Assembly: GCF_036321535.1 (NCBI RefSeq)
Contig: NC_087437.1
Location: 78,742,001-78,806,000, forward strand
From: Camelus dromedarius
Lineage: Eukaryota
Direction: 5' to 3'
DNA: 64,000 nt
The translations under genes were made by a program, and so were the position numbers. A model generated the notes under the pieces. That model was not told the origin of the DNA and did no database searches. It saw only the letters and a list, made by a program, of their open reading frames with translations. Positions within the stretch are counted from its first letter, which is position 1; each line of letters opens with the position of its first letter. Below are positions 48,961 to 63,496 of this stretch, piece after piece.

Positions 48961-51900
48961 TAATAATTTGTACCTTCTTCTAGCCAGTGAATTTTTATAG
49001 GGAAACTTAGGAAGGGTTGGAAGTAAAAAGGTTTTGGGGAGCATAACATCTGGGAGAGGAGAGGGGAGATAACATGATTGGTCAGGAGAACATTCAGATC
49101 CCACTGCCCTCTTGACTCTGATTGTCCATCAAGGTGCTCTGGAACAAAGATCACCTGTTAGAGGAGTTCTGTTCTGTGTATGTGTGTGTGTAGCTGTGTG
49201 GTGGGCCAACCGGTGAGAGACAGATAGCCAGATCCTTATAGCACCCCCTTACTGGGACATTGATTGAGGACTGTTAAACTTAACTGTGCTTGAATTGGGT
49301 CCTTTCTTGTCTGGACCCTGGGCAGTCTCTGCCACACTGAAGCAGGTATTTGTGAGAGATCCCTGGAATGCATGCACTGTATTCTTCCTACTTCAGAACC
49401 CAGAGTATCCTTTTTTCCTAACACTTCAGAGATAGTGCTTCTCAGCATAACCCCTCTCTGCCCTATGCTGAGTTCTAGCAAATATTGCTGCAAAAAATGA
49501 TGTTTTGCACTTCAAAATTAAACATTCTCCTGTCCCTGAATTTTGCTCATGTTTTCTAAACTTTGTTACCACTACCCTCTCTTCTATTTGTCTCCTTTGC
49601 TTAACTTTTGCCAATGAGGGTCCTTAAAGACATCAATTTTGGCAACCTTCATATGCATTGTAGAGTCTGAAGATTATACTTATTTTCTAGAAGTAATTTT
49701 TTAAAAGGGGGTTTGATTCTTTTTCTTTCTCTTTTTTTGTATTTTTTAAATGACATCCAAGAAGAGAAAAGAAAAAAATGCTGAATGATGTATTTGTATT
49801 TTTAAAAAATATTTTTGATTTGGAATATTATTTTGGAATTTTTAAAATTATTTTTCATTATGGCTCTTCCCTTAAATAAACATAAAACCAAAACATGGAG
49901 AATTCAGAAGCAAAAATATAGATGACTTTGCTACTATCAGTTTAAACGTAGGGAAAGAAAAAAAGGAGTTAAGAATGATTGTAAAATTGCTAATGTAGGA
50001 AGCCATGAGAGGGATTACTTTGAACTGTGGAAAGTTTTCTCATCAAATAAGATAAATCAGACAATTACACTGATTAGATTCTCACATATATCAATACAAA
50101 ATCGAAAGGATAGGAGTAGCACAATATAACTAGATCAGATATTTAAGAGAAGTGGCGGAGCATTTGGTAAACTGTAGTTACCTAAGGAGGTTTGTTACAA
50201 TTAAAATTTTCTGAGCAGAAAAGTAGGTATCTGTGGTTAGAAGTGTGTAGAAACTTGAATCATTTTCTTAAGTAAACAATTCTTATTAGAGTGTTGTCTC
50301 TTTGAATGGATAGCCACAGCTGAGATGCCTGCTATTGGAATACAGTATATTTTAAAAATTTAGTCAAATAGTGCATTGCTCAAAGATATGTTACAAAAGA
50401 GTGATTTTCAAAGTTTTGTAAGCCACTGTTAGCAACTTATTTTTTAAATTTTAAAGTTTTATTAGAATTATGAGTTCTTTGAGTTCTCAAATACCAATTA
50501 GAAAAAAAAATAATAAAGCCAAGTTATTTTAAATCAGAGTATTGTTCATGTGAATTTGAAAACTCACACCTTTTGTAGCCTATTCAACTTAATTATTACT
50601 TTCAATTATTCATGATGTGGGAATATTTTTTTTCAGCTTAACCTCAAGGCTCTTTCTCTTTATTTCACTTTTTAAAAAATAAATATTTTACTGTTTTCTA
50701 TCTAGAATAATGGCACAGTTCTTTCTAAAATACATGGAAATTTTATTGAGGGTCCATGATTCTGCAATACTAGAGTTAAATTATAATTTTCTTCTTTAAA
50801 ATATTATAATTTTAAAATATAATTTTACTTAAGTTTGTTCTTCTATGTAATTACCATTTTCCCTCTTCTTACTTTAATTTTTTTCTTTTTTATTATTACT
50901 CTCATAATCTGTTGAAGTTTCAATTCTGTTCTTCTTTTATACTGATGCATTGCTTTGATGAGAGGATGATACATTACTCTTGAAGACAGAAAACTAAAGA
51001 GAAAAAGTTACATATATACATACACACCCCATGTAGTATCGCGTGTGTTTATGTGTGTGTGTGTGTTTGTGTGTATGTAGAAATGTATAAAGACACAAAT
51101 GAATGTTATGGTTGTTGTTTTATGTGGCTGTGGCCCCAGCCATATGAGCTTGTCTTAATTGCTTCTCCATGGTGCTTTAAGCCTACTGTACAGGGGGGCA
51201 GAATGCGGAGTAAGAGTTTATTATGTCATAATCTTACAATTACGAGGGAGAAGAAAATTAAAACATTAGGTTGAATCAGGAGAATTTGTTGCTTTTTCTC
51301 TTCTTTCCTTCAGTTATTTTCAGCCATATTTATTTAATTTTTTGTAGTTATATTCTAACTTTCCTTCAATGACTTATTAAGAAAAGTCTGACTACATTTC
51401 TAAGAGTCACAGGTTAGTAAGCTTCCTTTTATTCTGACAGAACAGATTTGCTGGGGATACACAGATAATTGGATGTTTGTCACCATCTCCAATGGTCTTC
51501 TTCAGAAATGTGACACCTCTCACCAGGGTGTTACTTTTGCCTCTTTATCTAATGTGTGGAAGCCCATGTGGTATAGAATCATAGTTATTTTAAGCTCTTC
51601 CTAGTTTATGAATCATACATATGATCCTCACTAACTATTGCTCCCCATCCATCAAGCAGCGAACTAATGGAAGTGGGTGTGTCTACCAGTGACGTTATTG
51701 AGATTTATACGGCTAAGTAGTTCTCTAGTTAGATGGGCACAGCAGAGCTGCCAACTGAAATCAAATTTAAAGAACACAGTGTACCCATCTTGTTTTTCAA
51801 ATACTGATAAGGCCTGGCAAAATGGCATTAAATCATATTAAAATAATTCGTATCCTACAGGCTGAGACCAGAACTCAGATAGTCTGACTTCAGCTCTGCT

Positions 51901-52559
51901 TATCGTAGACCCGTTGTTCTTTTTATTTTACTTTGACCCAGATGAACAGCAATAATGACCACAAACAAAACAATCAAAAACAAACAAAAAATGGTTTTGA
52001 GTGAGAAAGGAACAAGATTTCTTTTAAATAAATATTTATTTGTTTAAATGTATTCACTTTAAATTCACTCAATTACAACAACTGAAATATTTATTTCTAT
52101 TTAAGTTCAACTGTTATCACCTTACATTGTATTGTTAAGGAAGGGAGTGTTGTGTCTTCTCTTGTTTTAGAGCAGGAAACAAGCCATTCTGAGTTCCATT
52201 CTGCTCTTATTTTTCACTTTGCAATGGAGAAAATGACCTCTTTTCGTATCAAATAAAAAAGAGGGTACAAAACTGGTTCCTGTGGTCCTAGCACCAGTAT
52301 CTCTAGTCATTTTCTAAAAATATTTCAGTTTTATTAGCAGATATGAAATTTTGAGCCATGATGATCCAACTTAAAAATTGAAATAGCTAGTTATAAATAT
52401 TTTTAATAGTTTAAGAAATAATATTCATATCTTTTAAATCTTGCTGAAAAGATCCATGTAGACATTTTAGATGACACAAAACAGTATTATTTGTGCATTC
52501 AGAGATAAACTCATGGAATGGGAGTCAGAGCAGCTCAGTACTTTAAATTAACTCAAACC

Positions 52560-54360
52560 TCCAAACATTTTCTCTCCTCTTCACTCTCACCTGATGACCT
52601 TGCTTTCTATTAAGAAAATAGGAACAATTGGAAAAAAAGGTCTGCTTGTTTCTCCCAACACATCTCTCAGCCCCTATATACTCTAATATATCCTGCCTTC
52701 CAGCTTTGCATTATTTTTGGTAATTACATACACTGATGTAAGACTGACTCCTTCACTTTTGTACTGGAACCTATTCACTCTTTTTATTCTAGGTTATCAT
52801 CTTCAGCATCACCAGCATTTCCCTTGATCCTAATTTTCATCAGCATAAACATCTAATACCTCACATTAAAAAAAAAGCCTCTTAAATGCCTCCTTTAACT
52901 GCTTTCATCTACCAAACTATTTTTCTGCTTTATTTTGCAGCATAACTCCCAAAGTAGTTGTCTTCATTTTCTCTCCTGTTCCTTTCTTTTAAGGTTGAAC
53001 CAGTGAAGCTTTTGTCATGACCATCCTGCTGATAATACCGTTAAGTCACCAAAAGTCTTCTTATTTAACTCAGTGGGTAAATTTCAGTTGCATTATATTA
53101 GACACCCAGTGATATTTTACACAGTCAGTTAGTGATTTCTTCTTGGAAGACTTTCTTCATTTGGATTCTGAGATATCACTCTCTTGGTTTTGTAACTACT
53201 TCACCCAGTCTAGCCTCATTTGCTGATTTCTTTCTTTACCAAACCTCTAAATTTTTGTGTGATTCTGGATTTAGTACTCTGGCCTATTCTATTTTTTTTT
53301 TCAAATCTCTCCTAACATTTTAAATGATCTCATTCACTTCAGTATCTTCAGACAAGAACTCTTTATGAAAATATGGGCATATATCACATACCCGGTGAAC
53401 ACATGTACTTGGATATCTAACAGGCTTCTCAAAATTAACATTTGTTGCTGAATTCCTGATTTCTACCCAGAATCCTTCTCCACTTAACCTTTTTCATTTC
53501 TACAAATAACACATGTATTTCACAGTTGCTTGATCAATAAACCTTGGAGTCCTCTTTGACTTCTCTCTTCCTGTGACACTCATTATTCAGTCATTCAGCT
53601 TTACCTACAAAATATATCTGGACTCAAACTACTTCACACCACCACTGTGACTACCATAATGGTCAAAATACCATCTTCTCTCACCAAGGTTATTGCAATA
53701 GCTTAATGAGTTTTTGTTCTGCTTTCAGTTGTGTTCCTTTTGTCCATTCTGACAGATTTGTCCATTCTGACACAACTGTAGGGAAGCTTGATCACGTCTT
53801 TTCAAATCCCCCCAAAACTCCCCATCTCACTGAAAGTAAGAGCTAAAGTTCTTAAAATGAGTCATGAGGCCCTGTAGGTGCTAGACATAATTCCCTCACT
53901 ATCTCATTTTCTTCACTTTCTTTGTTTCAGTGGCATTAACATCTTTGTTGTTCTTCAGATTCACCAAGCAGTCACATGCTTCTTACTTTGCACTTAATAC
54001 TTTTTTTTTCTAGAAGGCATATTCCTTAAATATCTTTATGGTTTTTGTCTTTATTTCATCAGGCCTCTGCTTAAATATCAGATTATCAGAATGTCTATAC
54101 CATCCATCCTGTATAAGTTGTATTCCTTTCATTTTTTTTATCTCCATTGCTTAGCTTTGTTTCCTTCATAGCAGTTATCACCGCATGTCAAGTTAAACTA
54201 TCATGTGTGTGATTACCAGGTTATTCTTCTCTACTAGAATGTAAGACCAGTGAAGATAAAGGCTTCATTTGTATGCTTCACTGTCTGGTGCCCTCCATCT
54301 CAGAAAAGTGCTAAACCTGTTCTATTTGCATAATATGTATTTTTGAAAGATTGAATGAAG
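52560..54360 (+). mobile_element. LINE-2 (L2a-like), ~1.8 kb 3' portion
   Basis: CTCACCTGATGACCTTGCTTTCT, ACTTGGATATCTAACAGGCTTCTCAAAATTAACAT, AACCTTGGAGTCCTCTTTGACTTCTCTCT, and 3' end CTAGAATGTAAGACC...TTGAATGAA. Confidence 0.85.
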
Positions 54361-54474
54361 TCTAGCTTCAGGAAATATGCCTTCTGAATTTTTATATAGT
54401 AACAGATAATTACCTTGTTTCTGCACCAGAGAGAATTATCAACTGACTTTATACTCTTCTTATGTTTTTATTCT

Positions 54475-57400
54475 ACATTCATCTTATTAAAGTATACATT
54501 GGTTTGTAACTTTCTTTTTTTGCAGTGTCTTATTCAGTTTTGGTATTAGGGAAATTCTGCCTTCTCAAATTAGTTAGGAAGTATTCTCTATGCTTTTGTC
54601 TTCTGACAATGATAATAGAGAATTGGTATAATTTCTCCCTTAAATGTTGAATAGAATTCACCAGTGAACCCATCTGGGTCTGGTACTTTGTTTTCAGAGA
54701 TTATTAATTACTGGTTCAATTTCTTCATAAGATATATGTCAGTTTGAATGGTCTATTTCTCCTTGTGTGAGCTTTGGCAGATGTGTCTTTCAAGGAATTG
54801 ATTCATTTCATCTATGTTATTAAATTTTGGGAACATAGACTTGTTCATTGTATTCCTTTATTATACTTTAATGTCCATGAAATTTATAATGATCCTTCTT
54901 TTTCATTTCTGATTTTAGTAATTTGTATCCTCTTTTTTCTTAGTTTGTCACACTAGACACTTAATGATTTTATTGATCTTTTCAAAGAATCAGGTTTTGG
55001 TTTCATTGATTTTCTCTATTAATTTCCTGCTTTCAATTTTTTTGATTTCTTTTTGTGTATGTGTATATATATATTTTTTAATTGACATACAGTCAGTTAC
55101 AATGTGTCAATTTCTGGTGTACAGAACAATGTTCCAGTCATGCATATGCATACATATGTTCATTTTCATATTCTTTTTCATTAAAGGTTATTACAAAATA
55201 TTAAAAATCATTCCCTGTGCTATACAGAAGAAAGTTGGCTTTTTAAGTCTATTTTTATATATAGTTGCTGTTCTAATTTTTATTATTTAATTTTCTGCTT
55301 GGTTTGGATTTAATTTTCTTTTCTTTTTTTTCCAAGTTTCCTAAAATAGAAACTTAGATGATTGATTTTGGAGGTTTCTTCTTTCCTAATATATGCATCC
55401 AAATGCTATAAATTTTTATCTAAGCACTAAATTTTTTGTGTCCCACAAATTTTGGAAATTTATGATTTCACTTTCATTTAGTTCAAAATATTTTAAAATT
55501 TCTCTTCAAATTTCTTTTTTACTCATGCGTTATTTAGAAGAGTGTTACTTAATCTCCAAGTATTTGGGGATTTTGTAGTTAATTTCCTATTACTGATGTC
55601 TAATTCAGTTACATTGTGGGCTAGAACCAGACACTATGATTTCTGTACTTTTAAATTTGTTCAGTTTTTTTTTTAATGGTCCAGAATATGGTCTCTCTTA
55701 GTGAATACTGCATGTGTTCTTGAGAAGAATGTGTATTCTGCTATTGTTGCTTGAAGTATATCTAAAAATATCAGCTATATCCAGTTGATTGATGGTGTTG
55801 TTCAGTTTAACTGTGTTCTTACTGATTTTCTGCTTGTTGGGTTTATTTCTGATGGAAAGGTATTGAAGTCTCCAAATAGATGGTGGATTCATCTATTTCT
55901 CCTTGCAGTTTTTTCAGTTTTTGTATGATATGTTTTGACATTCTGTGTTTAGGTACATACACATTAAGGATTGTTAAGTCTTCTTAGAGAATTAATCTCT
56001 TTATCATTATATAAAGCTCCTGTCTCTTTATTCCTGGTAACATTCCTCTTTTTTGAAATCTTTAGTAAGATTTACTTTAGTATAGTTACTCTTGCTTTCT
56101 TTTGATTAGTGTTTGGATGGTGTGTCTTTTTCTGTCCAATTACATTTCATCTACATGTCTTTTTGGTTTAAAGTAGATTTCTTGTAGACAACATATGATT
56201 GGGTCTTTTTTTTTATCCACTTTAATAATCTCTGTGTTTGAATTGATATATTTAGACCATTGACATTTAATGTGATTATTGATATTGTTGAGTAAATGTC
56301 TACCACACTTGTTACTGTGTTTTTCATTCATTGCCTTTGTTCTTAGTTCCTATTTTGTCTTACACTCTTTTTCTGCCTTTTATAGTCTTAATTAAGCATT
56401 TTATATGATTATATTTTATCTCCTTCTTAGAATATCAGTTATACAATTATACTTTTTAAACTTTTATTAATGGTTTCCCTAGGGTTTGCAGTATACATTT
56501 ACAACTAATACAAATCTGCTTTCAAATAACACTATACTGCTTCACAGGTAATACACATACTTATAATAACGACATTCCTGATTCTTCCTATGTCTTGTTT
56601 TTTGTATCATTGCTGTCATTCACTTCATTTATATATAAGTATATACAAGCATGTATGTGTATTTGTATATATATATAATATATAAAATGTAAATATATAA
56701 ATATGTATATTCATAGACACTGCTGCTATTATTATTCTGAACAAACTGTTGTCTCTTAGATCAATTAATAATAAGACAAATAAAAATAAAAGTTTTAATT
56801 TTACCTCATTTATCCAATGCTGTTTTATTCTTTATGTAGATCTGGCTTTCTGATCTATATCATTTTACTGCTCTCTGAATAACTTCTTTTAATATTTCTT
56901 GCCTGGCAGGTCTACTGACAACACATTACCTTCATTTTGTTGTCTGAGTAAGTATTTATTCTCTTCATTTAGAAGAATAATTTTGCAGGTTGCAGAATTC
57001 TAGGTTTGCAGGTTTTTTCTTTTTAATACTTTAAATATTTCACTCCATTCTCTCCTTGCTTCCAGGGTTTCTGCGGAACCAGGGTTTCCCTCTCTGGCTT
57101 CTTTCAAGATTTTTTCTTTATCTTTGATTTTCTGTAGTTAGCTATGATATACCTAGGCTTAGTTTTTAGTCATTTATCCTGCTTAGTGTTCTCTGAGTTT
57201 CCTGGATCTGTGGTTTGTTGTTTGACATTAATTTTCAGAATTGCTTCAGATACTTCTTCAGTTTCTTCTTCATTTATTCCCCTTCTGGTATTCACATTTT
57301 GTTTATATTGTGCCTTTTGTAGTTCTCTCACCATTCTTGGTTTTCTTCTCTTTTTTTCCTTTTATCTCTTGGTTTTGTTTGTTTGTTTGTTTTTAGTTCT

Positions 57401-58570
57401 GGTTGTGTCTTTTGTCATAACATCAAGCTCAGAGAGAGTCACTTTTTTAAGTCTTGTCCAGTCTACTAATGAGCCCATCAAAGGTCTTCTTCATTTCTGT
57501 TACAGTGTTTTTAATCTCTAGCATTTCTTTTTGATTTTTTTCTTAAAATTTCCACCTCTTTGCTTATTTTACAAATCTATTCCTGCACATTCTCGCCCTT
57601 TTCCAGGAAATCTCCTAGCATATTAATCATAGTTTTAAAAATTTCCTGATCTGATGAGTCAAAATTCTTTCTATAATCTGAATCTGGTTCTAATGTTCAC
57701 TCAGTTTCTTCAAACTGTGTTTTTTTGATGTTTAGTGTGATTTGTAATGTTTTCTTGATAGCTAGACATGATTTACCAGATAAAAGGAAGTGTCATAAAT
57801 AGGCCACATTAGTAATGTGGTGGTAAGATGCAGGGAAGAGGAAGTGTTGTGTAGTCCTATGATTAGGTGTCAGTCTTTTAGTGATTCTGTGCCCCTCGTC
57901 TGTTAACTTCACAAGTGAGTCCCAAAACCTCCCCACCTTAGGTGAGACCAGATGGCTAGAAGGGTGTAGTGTATGCTTTTCTCTTCCTTCACATGGAAAG
58001 TTAGAGGGAGCTGGAGTTATTTCCCTTCCGTTATTTCAGTTAGGGTCTGATAAAACTCCAGTAGGTTAAGGCTCTGATAAAATCGTTTCTCTTGAGGGCA
58101 GACCTAGTTAAGAAGAAAGAATGTTCTGCTATATTTCAAAGTGGTTACTTTTCTCTCCCTCTGCTGGAAGCTGAGGGATTGGGATTTTTCTCTGGTCTTC
58201 CATATGAGAATCTGATTGGGTTCCTGGAGGTGAAACTGAAGAAATTGTGAGTTCTTTCTATTACTGGAGCCCCCAAGAGTTTAAAATCTCAGATTTGTCC
58301 ACACTGAGCCTCCAGCAATTCATCAGTTACAGTTCAGGTTTTCCTAGCCCAGTATTGATTCTCTGGAGGTTTCTACTCCAGTAAATTGTATTTCTCTGTA
58401 TCCACGTGGCTGCCCCTCCAATTTTGGGAGCAGTGGTTTGCCCTGTGACTTCATTTCTCTAACAGATCTAAGAAGCTTTTGATTTTTCAGTTTGTTCAGC
58501 TTTTTACTTGTTATTAGAATGGAGTGATGACTTCCCAGCTCCTTAAATGCTGGAGTGGAAACTGGAAGTT
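54475..58570 (-). mobile_element. Old L1M (L1MC/MD-like) 5' half: 5'UTR, ORF1 remnant and ORF2 endonuclease region
   Basis: Minus-strand ORFs 55698-55892 (KQKISKNTVKLNNTINQLDIADIFR) and 56140-56331 (KKKDPIICCLQEIYF) are L1 EN-domain fragments. The 5' end reads ACTTCCAGTTTCCACTCCAGCA. Confidence 0.85.
55072..55265 (-). mobile_element. Younger L1 3'-terminal fragment nested in the old L1
   Basis: TTTTTTAATTGACATACAGTCAGTTACAATGTGTCAATTTCTGGTGTACAG...TTCCCTGTGCTATACAG, like the tails at 14881 and 26375. Confidence 0.85.
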
Positions 58571-58761
58571 GGACATTCATTTTTTAAAGTATATTTTGAT
58601 CTTACATAACATGAATACTTATTATATTCTTATATTTAGGAACAGTATATTTACATCTACTTTTAAAAGACTATTTTTCCACCATGGATTAGTTAGGGGA
58701 CTTCAGAAAGGCTACAGTAGAGGCTAGTTAACTAAGCATGAGATGACTGCCAAACTTTTAG

Positions 58762-59003
58762 TTTTTCAAATATTTAAATAATAAATTTTGGTTTCAAAAC
58801 ACAGAAGCATCTATGCTAGTGCAATTGAGGCAGGAAACCAACTTTCTGTAAGCTATTTACTTGGGTAACCATGGCACAACTAATAAAACTGAAAGCAGTT
58901 TTCCTGATGATGAGTTATGATCAAAATTTATGTACAGTTTCCCAAATGGGCACATTTTTGACAGTAGAATTTATACTGAAAGAAAAAAAGTAAATATAAA
59001 GAC
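58762..59003 (+). repeat. Left arm of a ~240-bp long inverted repeat
   Basis: Aligns by eye to the reverse complement of 61846-62081 with scattered substitutions. Confidence 0.9.
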
Positions 59004-61845
59004 TTTTGAAAACTTGGAAGAATACATCTGCCTGAATAAAACAAAAATAAGTGCAAAACAGAAGAAGAAAGCCAGTTGGAATCTTCAGTAATTTGAAGAA
59101 ATATTCCAAAGGATAAAATACTTGAAGGATTTAATTTCAATACAGCCTTCCATGGAATTATATCATCCTATGTCTGTATTCATTGCACACTTTTACCTAC
59201 ATGTTACTGTGTAAGACTACATAAACAAAACAATGGACTATGCATTTTGTAGCTCATTTGAAGAGGTTTAAAAGGATAGTTGGACTGCATTTTGCTTTCT
59301 TTCTGTTAGGTATAATACCAAATACCCATGAAAGAAGCAACCTCAATATTCAAAGTCTTTCTGGAACTGGTCCTTCCTTGCCTCTTCTCCTCAAATCCTG
59401 CATCTCTCTGCCTTATATTCCATATTTTACTAAAGACTTAAGTTCTTAAGGCTTAACAAAAATTGAATCTAACATCTCCTTGAAAAGATTTTTGAGGCTT
59501 CTGATACTAGTGCTGGACAAAGTAAACATATTTATAAATCATTTATCTACAATTCTCACTGAATAAATAGTGCATCTGTTAAAAAAAGAATGAATCCATA
59601 ACTATGTGGAGAACCTATGAGAAAGAACAAAAAAATAGCAATAATGCTAATAAAAATCATTAGAATAGTATTCTTCATTAGAAAAAAACCTTCTTAGCTC
59701 AAAATAAAGAGTATGCACATGAATGAGTATAGCAGTGACTTTCTAAAAACGTATTATTCAACACTATTGGTTTTTAATTATGTGCTTTTTGAAAAAAATA
59801 TATACACACAGATATTTAATTATATATATATGTGCAAAATAAAGATATTTTTAATGATATTAAAATTAAATTGAATTAAAATTAAAGTATTAGTCTAGTA
59901 CTCTTTTTAAACCCTGATTAATCATCTTGCCCCTAGTTTGCAGGTCAAAAAATTATGGAGAACAATTAAGAGTAGTTAATTCAAGGACTGTATTTTGGTA
60001 CACAATTAATTTTTCTGCTCCCTTTCTGTAGCTTGTGTTGCCAACTTGTATGACCTCATTATGCTTACAGAGCTCCATTCCTGATGGAAGGACCTATTTG
60101 GGAACAGATTTATACAATAACAGAGGAATCCTGGCCTATATTTTTCTACCTAGTTTAGACTTCTATTTACAGCTATAATTGGATTGCCAAGTATCCCTGA
60201 ACATTTGAGGAAAATCAACAAGAAGACAATTCAAGATGAAAACATGTAATAGATTCCAGAATAATGAAATAGAAATAAAGGAAGAGAAGATCATTTAAAA
60301 AAAATTATATTACTAGAATATGAAAAAAGGTAAGTCATTTGAAATATAAGAAAAGTATAATATGAGTGAGACACCATGTAATAAGAGAATTTTAGCAATA
60401 AAAATATAATTGCTAAAATTTTAAAAAATAAATAAAATAGTGAAAAAATAAAGGCAAGGAAATTATATGACTAAGGCATATGATTCCTACAATGATTGGG
60501 TAAAAGCATATCCATTATCTCTGAAAAAGAACAAGATAAAGTAATTAAAAATCATAAAGGGCCAAATGCAAAGAAGCTAAATTTAGAACAACTGTTGAAT
60601 TGTGCGTAAGAAGTGTACTAACTTTGATTCTTGGAATAGTCTCCTTAACATAGTGGTTTAAGGATTTCCTTACACATTTACTTATTTCTGATCTAAAAAA
60701 ATGAATGAAATTGTTTCTGATTTTTGCAATGAAATTATAGTTAAAGCATAGGGGGTTTGCATATACAAACCGATTATGCATGTGCATGTGAATATCTCAG
60801 CTATGAGAATAATGTAATGGACAACAGATGAAATTCAGGAGCAGAGAAAACTGAGTGAAAGAGTGGCAAGAGTGATGTTTGTCCTATTTTGGATAATTAA
60901 GGTTTAATATATATGATGTGTTTAAAATTGAGAGATAAGAAAGTGGAGCTATAATATGTATCTTAGAATTATAAAGACACAAGATCTGGAAACTAGGTAT
61001 TATTAAAAAATTGGAAGGAGAATGAAAAATAAATGTGAGGTATGAGATCAATAGTAAATCTTCAAGCTTCAATTAGGAGAGATAATAAATAATGTATAAA
61101 AACAATAAATCAATAAAGGGAGTAGCCATTTGAAAACCCCAAACCAGAAAAGGTTAAAAATGTTTAACTTGTGGATTAGGACTCAGTATCAGAGGTCAGG
61201 TGGTTAGTGGTGAAATTGGCTACCTTTACAATTCTTTTTTTTTTTTGCTCTTCTGAAACGCTGAATTTTTTGAAAACTGAATTCTTAATTCTTGTGTTAT
61301 ATTTATAACATAATAATTGTAAAATTAAAAACAATGTAACCCCTGACTTAAGAACATCATAGAGACAATGAGAGAGGGAGAAAGGATAAGTTTCCATTCC
61401 ATATTTCTTGCATTGTTTTCATTAAAAAAGAGGGACATTATCAAGCAATATTTCCAGGCTTGAAAATATAACATTGTTACTCAACTTGTTTCAAATGTCA
61501 AACCATCAATAAATTAAACCTATATTTCCTATAAGTAACATGTAAAAAAAGAGAAAATATAACATTTCATGTCAATATGATAAAAATTGCTCTTTCCCCC
61601 CTATTTTACAGTTACTCTGTTTTCCAATATCACTTTCAATATCAAAGTATTCCTATGTGCCTTCAACTACTACCATACATTTCATTTCTAGGACAAAGAG
61701 TTACCCAATAGCTCTTTAAGGAACACACTGTACAAGAGAAAGACGATAACGTTGCATGAGTAAGAGAAGCAGAAATGTTCTACTGTGTACAATTTCCTAG
61801 GAAGTGGTTAGTAAAAACTTCAAAAATAATTTTGCCTTGTTCCTA

Positions 61846-62081
61846 GTCTCTTTATTTTTCTTTCAGTATAGATTCTACAATCAAAAAATGTGCCCTTTTG
61901 GGAAACTGTACAGAAATTTTGATCAAAAGTCATCATCAGGAAAACTGCCTTCAGTTTTATTAGTTGTGCTAGGGTCACCCAAGTAAATAGCTTACAGTCA
62001 AGTGGTTTGCTGCCTCAATTACACTATCATAGATGCTTCTGTGGTTTGAAACCAAAATTTATTTTTTAAATATTTTAAAAA
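61846..62081 (-). repeat. Right arm of a ~240-bp long inverted repeat
   Basis: Reverse complement reads ...ATAAATTTTGGTTTCAAACCACAGAAGCATCTATGATAGTGTAATTGAGGCAG...GCACAACTAATAAAACTGAAGGCAGTTTTCCTGATGATGAC..., matching 58781 onward. Confidence 0.9.
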
Positions 62082-62257
62082 GTAATACTTTCCATCTGAA
62101 ATGATTAATATAAACAAGAGAAGAAAACCAAAAGCTTAGGAATCAAATTAGGATTACCATTTAATATCAAATATGTCCTGTAAAATAAATCTCAATTTAA
62201 GAATAATTTTTAATCCTTTTTATATAAAAATTAGGTGAGTGACTTATACAGAATAAA

Positions 62258-62420
62258 CAAGGTTTGAGTTTGTAAATCATCAGACTTTATTCAAACCCAG
62301 TCTATGTCATCATCATATAATGCAACCTTACGCTCTCCACTTCTCCATGTCCCTCAGTTAACTTCTGTGAAAATCAAAAATTAACTGATGAGCTCGGATG
62401 AATTTAGAAAATAATTATAA
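62258..62420 (+). mobile_element. Degraded MIR
   Basis: CAGACTTTATTCAAACCCAGTCT...GCAACCTT...TCCCTCAGTTAACTTCTGTGAAAAT. Confidence 0.5.
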
Positions 62421-62857
62421 AATGGCAAAGAATTATTTTCTGTGTTAATAATTCCCAAGCCCATTCTAACTCCCCAGAGGAAATCATGGTTAATATTTCC
62501 AAGTTTAATTTTTCTAATGGATACTACCATTATAAGGTGAAGTAATGCTAATGCCTTTATAGCTCTGTTTATGAGTGCACCAACTGTGGAAGTGAGTATC
62601 TATAGTACAGACTGAAAAAGCACAGAATGGGGTGCACTATGTTACCTCCTACCTTTTCTCTCACCTACCCAACTCCCAACCTTGTTGTTACACATTTTAG
62701 TTCTTAAAAGGTTGTTTTCACTATTGTAAGTCATTTTTTCTTTGTTGCACCTCTTGATTTTCATTAGTTACAGTTTTAGTTGTCATGATTTATAATACTT
62801 GCATTAACTTTTGGTGTTAGAGAGTAAAAGTAGCACTCCCTTTGCTTGTATAACATG

Positions 62858-63340
62858 CTGTGATTTCCCAGCCCTATCCAAATTCCTTCTATCTGGAAGT
62901 TTCCCTGCTGCTGCCGTGGAAATTTCCTGTCTATGCTGAAGGCTTCTCTCCTCAAAGGGAGCCTGTATCTCTCTGCTTCTCCTCCTGGGAGCTTTCTTCT
63001 GAGCCATAGAGGCTCATTCAGCCGATAAAGAAGATAGCAGTCCAGTGCCGGAATTTAACATTCCCACAGACAACCCTTCGCCTTAGTACCTAAGTTATCT
63101 AAGGAATTTATCTTCAAGGAAACAAGTCTGAAATGTATTCTACACTGTTCCTCTGAGAGTATCCAGTGAGATAAACTCTCAGATGGTCAAAATGGTGACC
63201 TTTCCATTAAGACACCCTTGATTGTTTTTTCTTCTTTTCCAACTCCCTCATTTGCACTTCCTTGGATGATGTTCCACATAAACTACACTCAACTAAAGTT
63301 TTGTGTCTGAATTTGTTTTCCAAGATACTTAGCTAAGAAA
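62858..63340 (+). mobile_element. LTR16A-like ERVL solo LTR
   Basis: GGGAGCTTTCTTCTGAGCCATAGAGGCTCATTCAGCC...GCCGGAATTTAACATTCCC...ATAAACTACAC...TTAGCTAAGA matches the recalled LTR16 layout. Confidence 0.6.
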
Positions 63341-63496
63341 AGGTGTTTTATTAAAGATTTGTCTCTAAATTAATTCTAAATGTTGAAAACAAAATACCAC
63401 CCCCCCAGAGAAATTCAGAAATAGTATATTACTCACTGCTTCTTACTGTAATTGTAGATAAGGATATAAAATCCTTTGATTAAAATACAGTTGTTT

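Noticed and set aside
53739..53772. TTTGTCCATTCTGACA tandem duplication
   Set aside because: An ordinary 18-bp slippage duplication inside L2. Only two units, so not an array.
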